Assembly: GCA_964456165.1 (NCBI GenBank)
Contig: CAYWBJ010000133.1
Span: 23,764 to 87,763 of the forward strand
DNA length: 64,000 nucleotides
Direction: 5' to 3'
Source of the DNA: an uncultured Gemmatimonadaceae bacterium
GTDB lineage: Bacteria > Latescibacterota > UBA2968 > UBA8231
The position numbers were made by a program, and so were the translations under genes. Shown here one piece after another: positions 9,681-19,187 of this stretch. The notes under the pieces were generated by a model. It saw only the letters and a list, made by a program, of their open reading frames with translations, searched no databases and was not told the origin of the DNA. How positions within the stretch are numbered: the first letter of the stretch is position 1; each line of letters opens with the position of its first letter.

Positions 9681-10766
9681 TCAGGCCTTGCCGCCTAGAT
9701 GGCTCGCCCGCAACAGCTCGGCGCCGGCGCACATCGCCTGGAGCTTCAGGTAGGACCGGTCAAGGAGCTCGCCGGCGCCGGCGGTGGTGGCGAAGCCGCA
9801 GTCCGCATTCAGCACCAGACGCTCGGCGGGCACCGACGCCAGGGCCGCCCGCGCCCGCGCAACCACCAGTTCGGCCGTCTCGACCTGCTCATCTCCAGGC
9901 ACGATCACCCCCATGCCCAGCAGCCTGTTCTTGGGGAAGTCCGAAAGGGACTGCAGGCGGCGGCCGATCGGGCTGTTGAGCTCCAGCGCCAGACGATCGA
10001 CACGCATGCCGTCCATCGCCAGCTGCATCAACCCGGTTCCCTCGGGCACGTCCCCCTGTTCACCGTGGCCGTGGCACAGATGCACGGTGATGAACGCCGG
10101 CTCCATCCCCTCGGTAACCTGGTTGATCGTCTCGACCGAGAGTTGCACGACCTCCTCGCGCGCCCGCGGGTCGTAGTGGTAGACTTCCGGATTCACCAAC
10201 CGCGGCAGCAGCGGCTCGTCGAGCTGGATGGCGTCGACGCCCAGCCGCACCAGCTCGGCTATCTCCTCCCGGAGGATCCCGGCGCAGGCCTCGACGAAGG
10301 ATCGCTTCGTCGGATAGGCGGCGGCCGAGTGTTCAGGGTGCCACATCAGGTCGCCCACCGTGGAGGGAGCCGGCAGCGTTACCAGCGCCCGACGGCTGGT
10401 GACACCCATGAGGAACTCGGCCTCGGCGGCCACGATCGGTCCCTGACGCTCCAGCTTCTTCTCCACGAAGGCCCCCAGCCGCAGAGGCCCTCGTTGGACC
10501 GGCGCCCGCCGGAATCCTCCCACCTTGTCGGCGAAAACGCGGGCGTAGTTCTCCCGACGCCACTCGCCGTCCGACACGTAGTCGAGGCCGGCCCGCTCCT
10601 GCAGCCGCACCGCACCGACGATGGCCTCGTCGAGCAGCCGGTCGGCCTCCGCCGCCGCCAGTGCGCCGGCGAGGCGATCGCGGACGATCTCGACCACCCA
10701 GCGAGGGCGCGGCAGACTACCGATCGCCATCGTTGGAAAGAGCCGGTCGAAAGAGGGAATCGCCAT
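9681..10766 (-). CDS. cobalamin-independent methionine synthase (MetE C-terminal domain)-like protein
   Basis: MAIGSLPRPRW, GLDYVSDGEWRRENY, VHLCHGH and NADCGF motifs are typical of short MetE-like/UROD-fold methyltransferases. Confidence 0.8.
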   Translation of the reverse strand: MAIPSFDRLFPTMAIGSLPRPRWVVEIVRDRLAGALAAAEADRLLDEAIVGAVRLQERAGLDYVSDGEWRRENYARVFADKVGGFRRAPVQRGPLRLGAFVEKKLERQGPIVAAEAEFLMGVTSRRALVTLPAPSTVGDLMWHPEHSAAAYPTKRSFVEACAGILREEIAELVRLGVDAIQLDEPLLPRLVNPEVYHYDPRAREEVVQLSVETINQVTEGMEPAFITVHLCHGHGEQGDVPEGTGLMQLAMDGMRVDRLALELNSPIGRRLQSLSDFPKNRLLGMGVIVPGDEQVETAELVVARARAALASVPAERLVLNADCGFATTAGAGELLDRSYLKLQAMCAGAELLRASHLGGKA

Positions 10767-10857
10767 CTGTTTTGCTCCGTCAACCGCGACGGTCTATCGT
10801 AAACCGCGCCGGACGCGCGCCGTCGCGGCACATCCAACCGGAAGGGAGCACTTCGCC

Positions 10858-11853
10858 ATGAGATTCGGCATCATCGGTTGCGGCGACATCGCCGCCAGTT
10901 CCTTCGCCCCCAGCCTGGTCCATTCGGACGCGACCGAGCTGGCCGCCGTCTGCCGCCGCGACCTCGACCAGGCTCGCGCCTTCGCCGACCGCTTCGGCGG
11001 CTGCTCGGCTTATGGAGCGGCAACTGATCTTCTGGCCGACGACGCGGTGGAGGCCGTCATCGTCGCCACCCCCACGGACACCCACTGCGAGTACACCATC
11101 GCCGCCGCCGCCGCCGGCAAGCACGTCCTCTGCGAGAAGCCGATGGCGCGCGACCGGCACGAATGCCGGCACATGATCGAGGCCTGCCGTGCCGCCGGCG
11201 TGGCGCTGGCAGTGGCCTACCGCCGCCGCTTCTTCCCCCAGGTCGTCGCCGCCAAAGCGCTGATCGCCGAGGGCGCCATCGGCCCCGTGGCCTGCACCCG
11301 CACCCACTACGCCGGCGGCGGCATGGCAACCGGCTGGCGTGCCCGTGCGGACATCGGCGGCGCCCTCATGGAGATGGCGGTGCACCGCATCGAGGTACTC
11401 CTCAACCTGGCTCCTGCCGCTCCCGTCGAAATCAGCGGCATCGTCGACACGGTATACCACAAGCAGGCCGAGGCCGACGACACCAACGGGCTGCTACTGC
11501 GCTTCGCCGACGGCACGATGGGCCTGCATTCCACCATCCTCACCTCCAGACCGCGGCGCGACTTGGCCCAGGTGGACGGCACCGACGGCCGCATCGTCAT
11601 CGACGGCCTAGAGTTCGGGAGCGACCAGATCGAGTTGGAGACCGAGCGGGAGCGCCGTTGCGTCGCGGTCGTGCCCCTCGAGGCTCCCTATTACGACCAG
11701 CCGATGATCGAGGACCTGGTCGCCGCCGCGAGCTCCGGCCGCGAGCCGGTATGCGATGGCATCACCGGATACACCGTGCAGGCGGTGGCCGACGCGGCGC
11801 GCGAGTCGTCGGTCAGCGGCCAGCGGGTGGCAGTCGACTCCTGGAAAGACTGA
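10858..11853 (+). CDS. Gfo/Idh/MocA family oxidoreductase
   Basis: MRFGIIGCGDIAAS Rossmann N-terminus and the HVLCEKPMA motif. Start set at ATG 10858, preceded by ggaagggag. Confidence 0.85.
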   Translation: MRFGIIGCGDIAASSFAPSLVHSDATELAAVCRRDLDQARAFADRFGGCSAYGAATDLLADDAVEAVIVATPTDTHCEYTIAAAAAGKHVLCEKPMARDRHECRHMIEACRAAGVALAVAYRRRFFPQVVAAKALIAEGAIGPVACTRTHYAGGGMATGWRARADIGGALMEMAVHRIEVLLNLAPAAPVEISGIVDTVYHKQAEADDTNGLLLRFADGTMGLHSTILTSRPRRDLAQVDGTDGRIVIDGLEFGSDQIELETERERRCVAVVPLEAPYYDQPMIEDLVAAASSGREPVCDGITGYTVQAVADAARESSVSGQRVAVDSWKD

Positions 11854-11981
11854 TCATTCTCAGGTGCAACGGCGGCTCCGACGGACGGCACGCGGTGGCC
11901 GTGTTCGGGATGCCGGTTTCCGCGATTTAGCAACCCTCCGCCTGCTGCTTTTTCCGCCCGCCGTTACCAGCGACATTGCCG

Positions 11982-13451
11982 TCACTCACTGACATACAGG
12001 GCAAAGAGCCTGGCGTCCTCGGGACGGGTGCCGGCACCGTAGTTGACCCGGAGTCTGAACGCCTTTAGATCGGCCGGCAGCCGGTCACCGCCCTGCCAGC
12101 TCACCGGCCGCCGCAGTCCCGGCGCGAGCAGCGGCCGGCTGGCGTCGCCCGCGAAACCGGGGACCGGCTTGAACGCCTCGTCCAGCACCTCCACCGTCAA
12201 TGGACTGTGCTCGCCCACGTCGAGGTTTGCGTGCACCTGAGCCCCATTCTGCGTGCGCAAAGCGCAGGTCACCATGTTCGGTTGGGGCCGCTCGATCGGG
12301 AAGAAGGACCCGTGGGTGTAGGGCACCTCCTCGAACGTCTCGAAATATCCGAGCCGGTCCCGTTGCCATGTCGCCAGGCGAACGTCGCTGCCGAAGAACA
12401 GCCCATACCACATCATCGTCTGCTCGCCCCGGTTGAGCATCGCCGGGCCGTGACCGTGGGCCAACGCCTGGCCGTAGTGGCGCGGCGCGCCCGGCTCGCC
12501 GTAGGCCGGAATCAGCTTGAAGTCCGGGATCGGCTCGCGGTAGTGGAGACCGTCGTTGGTCACCACCAGGCCCAGGTCGATCTCGATCCGGTCCTGCTCG
12601 CCCATCGGGTTGCCGTGCCACATGTCGTACACGCCGACGACGACGTTTCCGCGGTTCCACAGCATGGCACCCTGGTGGGCCTCCTCCGCCACGTTGTGGT
12701 CCAGTACCTCCGGCCGGGGTGCCACCTCGTCTCTGCGAAACCCCAGGCAGGAGGCCTGGGTCCAGGTTTCAAAGTCGTACGATGCGTAGCTGATCATCTT
12801 GCGGGCGACGCCGTAGTGCGAGCCGTGGTAGCCGAGCTCGTCCTGCGACACCACGTAATAGCAGGCGCCCACTTTGATGACGCTGCCGGTCTCCTGCGCC
12901 GGCGCCACGGGGTTGTTGGGCGACTCGGTCCAGCTCAAACCGTCGGCGCTGTAGGCCACCGCCAGCTGGTTCATGTAAGGGCTGCACTCGATGCACATTT
13001 TGAAGCGGCGCCCGGGGTCGGGATCGTCCGGGTCGGACAGTATCGGACAGCTGGTCAGCACCGACCGGCCATCGAACAGATCGACGATGTTGTTGTCGCG
13101 GCTGCCGTTGAACTCCACCAGGCCCAGGTTCGGCTTCTCCCAAGTTTCTCCGTCCCGGCTTACCGCATAGGCCAGCCTGCGGCCGCTACGGTCTTGGCTG
13201 CTCTTGGCCTGGTACCACATCCGCAGCTCGCCATCGATCTCGATGACGGTGCCGTAGAAGGTGACGCCGGCATCGTCCGGGGCGCCCGGCTCGCCGCGGC
13301 CCAGAACGATCGGGTTCATGTTGTAGGGCGTCTTGCCCGGCACCAGCTGCAGCCGCAGCCCGGCACGATACGGAATGCTGTGGTCGTCGAACGGGAACAG
13401 CACTGCTTCTTCGACGCTGCCCGCACCACCACCGTTTAGTACTTCAATCAT
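11982..13451 (-). CDS. glycoside-hydrolase-like beta-propeller protein (GH43/GH32/GH130-like)
   Basis: Repeated blade motifs AYAVSRDGETWEKP and AVAYSADGLSWTESPNNPV. Start set at ATG 13451 (MIEVLNG). There is a 10-nt gap to the upstream gene. The family assignment is tentative. Confidence 0.6.
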   Translation of the reverse strand: MIEVLNGGGAGSVEEAVLFPFDDHSIPYRAGLRLQLVPGKTPYNMNPIVLGRGEPGAPDDAGVTFYGTVIEIDGELRMWYQAKSSQDRSGRRLAYAVSRDGETWEKPNLGLVEFNGSRDNNIVDLFDGRSVLTSCPILSDPDDPDPGRRFKMCIECSPYMNQLAVAYSADGLSWTESPNNPVAPAQETGSVIKVGACYYVVSQDELGYHGSHYGVARKMISYASYDFETWTQASCLGFRRDEVAPRPEVLDHNVAEEAHQGAMLWNRGNVVVGVYDMWHGNPMGEQDRIEIDLGLVVTNDGLHYREPIPDFKLIPAYGEPGAPRHYGQALAHGHGPAMLNRGEQTMMWYGLFFGSDVRLATWQRDRLGYFETFEEVPYTHGSFFPIERPQPNMVTCALRTQNGAQVHANLDVGEHSPLTVEVLDEAFKPVPGFAGDASRPLLAPGLRRPVSWQGGDRLPADLKAFRLRVNYGAGTRPEDARLFALYVSE

Positions 13452-13461
13452 ACCCGTGACC

Positions 13462-15195
13462 TCATTCGTCTTCCATGCGTTCGCAGCGCACCACCAGCTC
13501 GCACTGCTCCAGGGACGGCCAGCCATCGTTCACGGCCGGCATCTTCAGCACCCACTCGTTGGGGCCCTCCGCCCCCTCTAGCACCACCAGCACGGCGTTG
13601 TCGCCTTGCCGCAGTGGGGGGTTGTCCACCACAAGCCACTCATTCCCCTCGCTGTTGCGCAACTTCGCCGCGCTGTACAGATCGATGCGCTGGTCGTTCA
13701 CCTCGCAGCGAATGCGGGGCAGGTTGGACTCGTATTCGGTCAATCGCAGCCGCAGCTCGGTCTTGCAAATGCGGCCATCGGCGATCCCCGCCTCGATGTC
13801 GTCCTCGATTGTCAGATGCAGTAGATGCCCGTCGCCGGCACCGCGACCGGTGAGCGACAGCTTGCGTGGCAGCTGCGGCTCGTAGTCGCCGATCGCCCCC
13901 CGCGGGCTGACCTGGTAACAGCGATCCAGGGAACGCAACGCCTGCCCATCGGCCAGCTGGCGTATGACCTGCAGGTCCCCGCGGGTAAACCGGTCGGTGG
14001 CGAACGGACCCATCCGCCCCTGGTACACCGGCGGGTAATCGCGCGCCGGCATGGCGCTCTCGTCGCCGACCGCCACCGGCATGGCGCGGTGGTTGGCGTA
14101 GTCGTGGTTGAACAGATGCACGCCGGCGGCGCCGGCCGCGTAGGCGTTGTGGGCGATCGCCCGCCGCACCGCCGGCTGCCCGACCTCATAGCCGTTGAGG
14201 GGCGATGCGCGGTAGGTCCCGCCCGACCCGACGTAGATCAGGGTGCCGCTCGCGCCGGCCGCCGCCACCGCCCGCGGCACGTCATTCTGCGACCGCCACC
14301 CGCCGGTGGACGAGATGGTTGCGATGTCGACGAGCCCTTCATCGATCCAGCGCTCCACGTCGAGCCCCTGCCCCAGCACCGCGTCGAAGCTGGACGGCAC
14401 CCGGCAGGCCACCTTCACCGTCTGTCCCAGACGCCCGGCATGCTCGTCGGCGAGCTCGCGGGTCCGGCGCATGAAGCCGGTCATCGTCTCGATCTGCCGG
14501 TGACCCTGGTGCGGCTTGAAGAAGGGGGCGGCACGGCAGAAGTCCAGCTCAAGTCCGTCGACGCCGTACCGCGTCAGCACCTCGTCGAAAAGTCCTAGGA
14601 AGCGCGCCCGCACCTCCTCCTGGGCATAATCCCACTGCCAGGTGAAGCTGAACTGCTCGCTGTAGTTGTAAACCGGTGTCGACGGCGGCGGCGAGCCGAT
14701 CAGCAGGTCCGGCCTCCTGATCTTCAGCGCGGACCGCCGCCCGTCCGCCATCCGGTGCTCCATGTTGCTGTGGGCGTCGTTCATTCGGAATGCCGCGTAT
14801 ACGCCCATACCGGCGGCGCGCGCCCGCTCCAGGTACAGCCCGAACACGTCGTGCCCGTCGTCCACCATCGCCTGCAGGTTCATCTGCAACAGGTCGGAAG
14901 GCCTGATCTCGTCCCCGGAGGGCATCACACCTGGCACCGGCCGGCCGTCGTCGCCAGCCGGCAGCACCTCCCTGATGTCGGCACCCCAGCACTCGCCCCA
15001 CAGTTCACCGTGCGGGCTACCGCGCCAGGACAGATCGTCGTTGATCCCGACCAGCACGGTGAGCACGTCGACCCCAGTCCCGGCAAGCTGGTCGATCATC
15101 TCCGTCACGTCGCCAGGATTGCGCCGGAACAGGTATTTGAACGCCAAGCAGCCGTCCGTGTTGAACAGTATCCGCGGCGGCCAGTTGTATCTCAT
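13462..15195 (-). CDS. glycoside-hydrolase-like TIM-barrel protein (GHL-type), function unknown
   Basis: AAFRMNDAH and YGVDGLELDFCR motifs resemble GHL10-type barrels. ATG 15195 forms an ATGA overlap with the stop of the upstream ORF (plus-strand tcat at 15192-15195). Confidence 0.55.
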   Translation of the reverse strand: MRYNWPPRILFNTDGCLAFKYLFRRNPGDVTEMIDQLAGTGVDVLTVLVGINDDLSWRGSPHGELWGECWGADIREVLPAGDDGRPVPGVMPSGDEIRPSDLLQMNLQAMVDDGHDVFGLYLERARAAGMGVYAAFRMNDAHSNMEHRMADGRRSALKIRRPDLLIGSPPPSTPVYNYSEQFSFTWQWDYAQEEVRARFLGLFDEVLTRYGVDGLELDFCRAAPFFKPHQGHRQIETMTGFMRRTRELADEHAGRLGQTVKVACRVPSSFDAVLGQGLDVERWIDEGLVDIATISSTGGWRSQNDVPRAVAAAGASGTLIYVGSGGTYRASPLNGYEVGQPAVRRAIAHNAYAAGAAGVHLFNHDYANHRAMPVAVGDESAMPARDYPPVYQGRMGPFATDRFTRGDLQVIRQLADGQALRSLDRCYQVSPRGAIGDYEPQLPRKLSLTGRGAGDGHLLHLTIEDDIEAGIADGRICKTELRLRLTEYESNLPRIRCEVNDQRIDLYSAAKLRNSEGNEWLVVDNPPLRQGDNAVLVVLEGAEGPNEWVLKMPAVNDGWPSLEQCELVVRCERMEDE

Positions 15196-16034
15196 GGTGT
15201 CCATTGCCAGGGATGTCCTGCGCCTGGAACATCGAGGCACTCGTTGAGCGCAACTGCGTTGGGAAACGAGGACCGGAGGTGATCCAGAACGGACCGTATC
15301 TCAGCCCTGCAGGTCAGGCAAGGATACGGCAACCTGCCCAGCTCGCGAAACCGCTGGCCGTTGCGCGCGTGAAAGTCGCCCCGGCGATCCGTGAACTGCC
15401 CCCAGAAACCCATGGTATAGCCGATGTCGACGACAGGCTCGCCGCTGGCGCGCCACGCTTGCGGAAACAGGGCCGAAAATGCCGGCGCCGAATTCAGCCA
15501 GCTGCCGCAGCGCACGTCGCCGATCTCCGGCCGGCGACGCTGCGAGTCCTGCAGCATGCGAAGCAGGCAGGCTGCGAAGTCGTCGCGCATCTCGACGAGC
15601 GGCGAGGCGGGACGGTAGGTGTTGTCGATGTGGATGTTGAGCGCCTCATGCCGGTAGTCGAAGGACCAGCTCTTATAGGGCCGCTCCGCCATGTCGGGCA
15701 GCGGATTCCCCACGTTCTCGACCCTCTCCACGATGCTCGGCCAGAACAGCTCGAGGCATTTCGCCTCAAGAACCTCCGTGTCGGCGGCGGCGATGTGCGC
15801 CTCGAACACAGGACGCACAGTATCGAGCAGCACCCGCCACTGCGGGAAGACGTCGCCGTTGGCCGGATGGCCATCGCCCGTGTAGTAGCTGGTGTTCCTG
15901 AAGATGTTGACGCGCTTGTTGAAGGCATCCTCGAAGTCGCTCGAGCCGTCCACGATACGCTTCCTGGCATACCAGACCGAGAGCCTGGTGAGCTCGCGAC
16001 AGTAGTTCGCGTAGACGGCAGCGCTTACCGGCAT
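15192..16034 (-). CDS. hypothetical protein (no family recognised)
   Basis: 280-aa ORF in the operon frame. It is coupled by ATGA to the downstream gene and lies 11 nt from the upstream one. I could place no motif. Confidence 0.6.
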   Translation of the reverse strand: MPVSAAVYANYCRELTRLSVWYARKRIVDGSSDFEDAFNKRVNIFRNTSYYTGDGHPANGDVFPQWRVLLDTVRPVFEAHIAAADTEVLEAKCLELFWPSIVERVENVGNPLPDMAERPYKSWSFDYRHEALNIHIDNTYRPASPLVEMRDDFAACLLRMLQDSQRRRPEIGDVRCGSWLNSAPAFSALFPQAWRASGEPVVDIGYTMGFWGQFTDRRGDFHARNGQRFRELGRLPYPCLTCRAEIRSVLDHLRSSFPNAVALNECLDVPGAGHPWQWTP

Positions 16035-16045
16035 GCCGGCCCAGC

Positions 16046-16897
16046 TCAGCCCGCAACGGTGTGGGCGAGGATGGTGTTCACGGCATCCAGCTCCCAGGTC
16101 TCATTGTAGGCATGCGGCTTGGGACGCGCCGGCGGGTAGCCGTCGGGCGGCTCGTCGGGATCTATCAACTCGAGTCGGTCGCGCCCCCGAGGCCGATCCA
16201 GCCAGGCTCTGACCTCGGCTGCCGCGTCGATCTCCTGGCGCAGAATGAACTCGGCGAAATCGAAGTCGCTGACGGCCACGTGCGCCTGGAATACCCGGTG
16301 AACCTCCCTCCCGTCCCACGTATCCAGATCGGGTAGCAGGACCGGCCCGGTGCAGACCTGAAACTGCGACCCGTCGGCATTCAGGTTCATGACGTTGACG
16401 GGATACTCGAGCTCGACTTCGAACCCGCGTTCATCGCGATAGCGGGTGCGCGCTCCCAGATGGTCGTTGGCCAGCGTCGCCTGGGCCACTTGTGCAACCG
16501 TACCCAGCTCCCGGTGCTCCAGCTCGCGGACATCGATCTCGTGATCGGCAAACGACGCGGTGAGGCTGACCGACTGGCACGGCTCGCTCTCCGCACTCGA
16601 CCGTTTTGCTATGGTTGGAGCGGCGTGCCGACTGAACGCCGTCCGCCACTCCCCGCTCGGAACCTGGAACAGGTTGCGGCGGGCGATCGTGTACTCGCTT
16701 CTGCATGGGGCACCCAGGAACAGCTCCGAGGAGACGTTGCTTTCCAGGTGGGTGACGAGGCACCGCGCCTCCAGGGTGAAGCGGACCTGGTAGGATTCTC
16801 CTGGCTGGCCGACGAACCCCCCTTTCCAGCGGTACTGCGGGTCCGACTGCCAGGGATGCGATGTCCAGGTGAAGCTCGAGCGGGAGAATTCGATCAT
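16046..16897 (-). CDS. hypothetical protein (no family recognised)
   Basis: Start set at ATG 16897 (MIEFSRSSFTW). The longer ORF to 17083 has an Arg/Pro-rich non-coding-like leader. The sequence looks beta-rich with no recognisable motif. Confidence 0.6.
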   Translation of the reverse strand: MIEFSRSSFTWTSHPWQSDPQYRWKGGFVGQPGESYQVRFTLEARCLVTHLESNVSSELFLGAPCRSEYTIARRNLFQVPSGEWRTAFSRHAAPTIAKRSSAESEPCQSVSLTASFADHEIDVRELEHRELGTVAQVAQATLANDHLGARTRYRDERGFEVELEYPVNVMNLNADGSQFQVCTGPVLLPDLDTWDGREVHRVFQAHVAVSDFDFAEFILRQEIDAAAEVRAWLDRPRGRDRLELIDPDEPPDGYPPARPKPHAYNETWELDAVNTILAHTVAG

Positions 16898-16967
16898 GGC
16901 CCTCCTCGGGACTAAGGGTAAGTGCGTGCCTGCTCGTGCGGACGGCCTCGGCTGTCGGGTGCGCCCG

Positions 16968-18290
16968 TCAGAGCCGCTCCGCCATCGATGTGAAGGTCTT
17001 CCGGACCGCCTCGTCGATACCCGGGCGCAGCGGCCCGGGACCAGCCTTCGTGTAGGCGTTGGCCGTGACGATCTCGTACCCACCCTGGGGAATGATATCG
17101 TCGGGAGGCAGGTAGTTCCGTCCGTCCTGGCAGTACCCCCACGCGATCAGCTCCGGGTCATCCAGCCAGTCGCGCAGCAGCGGCAGCCATTCGGCGAACG
17201 CCTCGTGGGCCAGCCAGGCGATGGTATTCCCCTGGCCGAGACGGATGAGCCCGACCTCCCAGGGCAGAAAGCGCTGGTAGGGTGTACCCAGGCGCAGGCG
17301 TTCCCCCCAGTACTCGCCGATGTTGCGCTCGAGCTCATCGTCGCTTTCGGCCATCTCCTCCCAGTGGGAGAGCGGTGGGAGGCCCTCCATCTCCCGGGGC
17401 GCCAGCGCAAAGCCGGATGTACAGCGCAGCTCCAGCTCCAGCCTCTTCCCACCCGCGCCAATAGCGGCCAGCACGTCCTCTGCCAGCTCACGGCCCGTGC
17501 ACAGGTGGTCTTCCGGCGTCGCCGTTCTGAACGAGCCGGCCTCGCAGTCAGCGAGACGACGGGGACGCACATTGCCGGCGCAACCCTGGATAAACTGCAC
17601 GTGCGCCTGCGGACCGAGGGCCTCTGCCAGGCGGTCGCGACAGGCACCCGGGTAGTCGGCCGATATGCTGTTCCACGCATGGCCGTAGACCATAACCGGG
17701 TGACAGCCGTAGCTGAAGAGAACGCCGCGCGCGTCACCTGCCTGCAGGTCCATTACCCAGAGGTCTTTGTTGAAGAACCCATCCGGGTTCGGCCGCAGGC
17801 CCACACTGCCGTCGGGATTGTGGCCCCGCCGGTTGATGCCGATCTGAGAAGTGCCGCGATGTACTGTGACAGTAACCGGCTGCAGGTTTTCGGCCGCCTC
17901 GAGCACCATCCTCGCCGTGGCCGTCAGGAGGCCCTCTTCGTAGGCATGCAGCTCCGCCGGCTTCTCGACGAGCGTCGCGTAGCCCTCGAAGCCGGTCATG
18001 GGCCCGCTGTGAGTGTGCGAGAAGTTCACGACGATTGCCTCTACCGGAATGCCCGTGAGTCCGGCTAGCTCGAGGCGCAGCCGGCTCGTCACCTGCCGGT
18101 CCATGCCGACCAGGTCGATCGAGATCCAGGCGATGCGGGATCCCTTCTCATCCTCCAGGACAACGACCTGGGCGGCCAGCGGGTCGAGCAGATCCGTCGC
18201 CGTGGAAAACCGCGGTCCCCGCCCACCCATCGGCAGACCCATAGGTGGCGTCGAATCGATCTGGGCCCATCCGGCCCGCGGTCGGCGCAC
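16968..18290 (-). CDS. neutral/alkaline ceramidase N-terminal-domain-like hydrolase
   Basis: IDSTPPMGLPMGGRG...AQVVVLEDEKGSRIAWISIDLVG...NFSHTHSGP matches the neutral ceramidase N-domain pattern. GTG start at 18290. Confidence 0.75.
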   Translation of the reverse strand: MRRPRAGWAQIDSTPPMGLPMGGRGPRFSTATDLLDPLAAQVVVLEDEKGSRIAWISIDLVGMDRQVTSRLRLELAGLTGIPVEAIVVNFSHTHSGPMTGFEGYATLVEKPAELHAYEEGLLTATARMVLEAAENLQPVTVTVHRGTSQIGINRRGHNPDGSVGLRPNPDGFFNKDLWVMDLQAGDARGVLFSYGCHPVMVYGHAWNSISADYPGACRDRLAEALGPQAHVQFIQGCAGNVRPRRLADCEAGSFRTATPEDHLCTGRELAEDVLAAIGAGGKRLELELRCTSGFALAPREMEGLPPLSHWEEMAESDDELERNIGEYWGERLRLGTPYQRFLPWEVGLIRLGQGNTIAWLAHEAFAEWLPLLRDWLDDPELIAWGYCQDGRNYLPPDDIIPQGGYEIVTANAYTKAGPGPLRPGIDEAVRKTFTSMAERL

Positions 18291-18314
18291 GACTTTTCCC
18301 CGCTCCCGTTCCGC

Positions 18315-19037
18315 CTACCCGGACAGCCGCTCGACCCAGGCATCGACGCAGGCGTCCACCATTGCCTGCCCGTGCTCCACGCTCGCCGTAGCGCTGGACT
18401 TCTCCTCGCCGATGTGACAGTACCACGGCGCGTTCTCGTCCAGCCTGTCCTGCTCCACCAGTTCCGGACGCGTCGCCATCAGGAAGGACGTTTCGTTGTA
18501 TCCGGCATGGTCACCACCTGCCCCGCGCTTCGCCGCCGCCGGCAGGATCATCGGCTCCACCGCGACCCCACCCTGGTCGCCCCACTGATGCCTCAGCTCC
18601 CCTGCCCACCAGCCGCGCGGGTGTTTCTCCAGCATCCCTTCGACGCTGAGCTCCGAAGCCGCCTTCGAGCAGGACAGCGCCAGCGGTCCCCCCATGCCCT
18701 GGTGCATGATGACGACGACGATCCGCTTGAAACCCATCTCCAGGAAGTTTCGAAACACCCCCTTCACGTGCTTGTTGAAGCCCTCGTAATCGGGATCGAT
18801 TGTGCCGTCCTCCGGACCGCCGAGGGCGTAGCCGGTGGGGCCGTAGTCGAAAGACGGCGTGATCACCACGTCGAGGCGCTCAGCGATACGGGCGCAGATC
18901 TCCTCGACAATGATGGTGTCGTGCCCGACCGCCATGTGCGGGCCGTGGGTCTCGATGCAGCCGGCCGGAACCAGCAGCGGCCAGTCGGCCGCCGTGGCTT
19001 CGGCGATCTGGTAGGGGCGCATGTGCTTCAGGTACAT
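18315..19037 (-). CDS. creatininase-family amidohydrolase
   Basis: LLVPAGCIETHGPHMAVGHD metal-ligand motif. A GAGGAG Shine-Dalgarno lies 8 nt upstream of ATG 19037. This is the first gene of a six-gene minus-strand array. Confidence 0.85.
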   Translation of the reverse strand: MYLKHMRPYQIAEATAADWPLLVPAGCIETHGPHMAVGHDTIIVEEICARIAERLDVVITPSFDYGPTGYALGGPEDGTIDPDYEGFNKHVKGVFRNFLEMGFKRIVVVIMHQGMGGPLALSCSKAASELSVEGMLEKHPRGWWAGELRHQWGDQGGVAVEPMILPAAAKRGAGGDHAGYNETSFLMATRPELVEQDRLDENAPWYCHIGEEKSSATASVEHGQAMVDACVDAWVERLSG

Positions 19038-19101
19038 GGGATGTGCTCCTCTTTAGTGAGTGATGGATTTACCGAGCGTTGGCATCCGCCTCGGCGCGCC
19101 A

Positions 19102-19123
19102 GCGGCGGCGAGTTTGCCGCCGC
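19102..19123 (-). terminator. perfect 8-bp GC hairpin (candidate U-tract-less terminator)
   Basis: gcggcggc-gagttt-gccgccgc. It lies 65 nt downstream of the MFS fragment stop and upstream of the creatininase operon. A near-identical hairpin occurs at 52568-52586. Confidence 0.3.
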
Positions 19124-19187
19124 GTCAAGACACCTGGCTGGTGGTCTCCTCGACGCTGTGGTTGATCGTCCTCACATCGTGGCAACC

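Noticed and set aside
10767-10857. Looked for a cobalamin or SAM riboswitch upstream of the MetE-like gene
   Set aside because: The spacer is only 91 nt and shared with a divergent gene. No B12-box-like or other riboswitch core sequence was seen.
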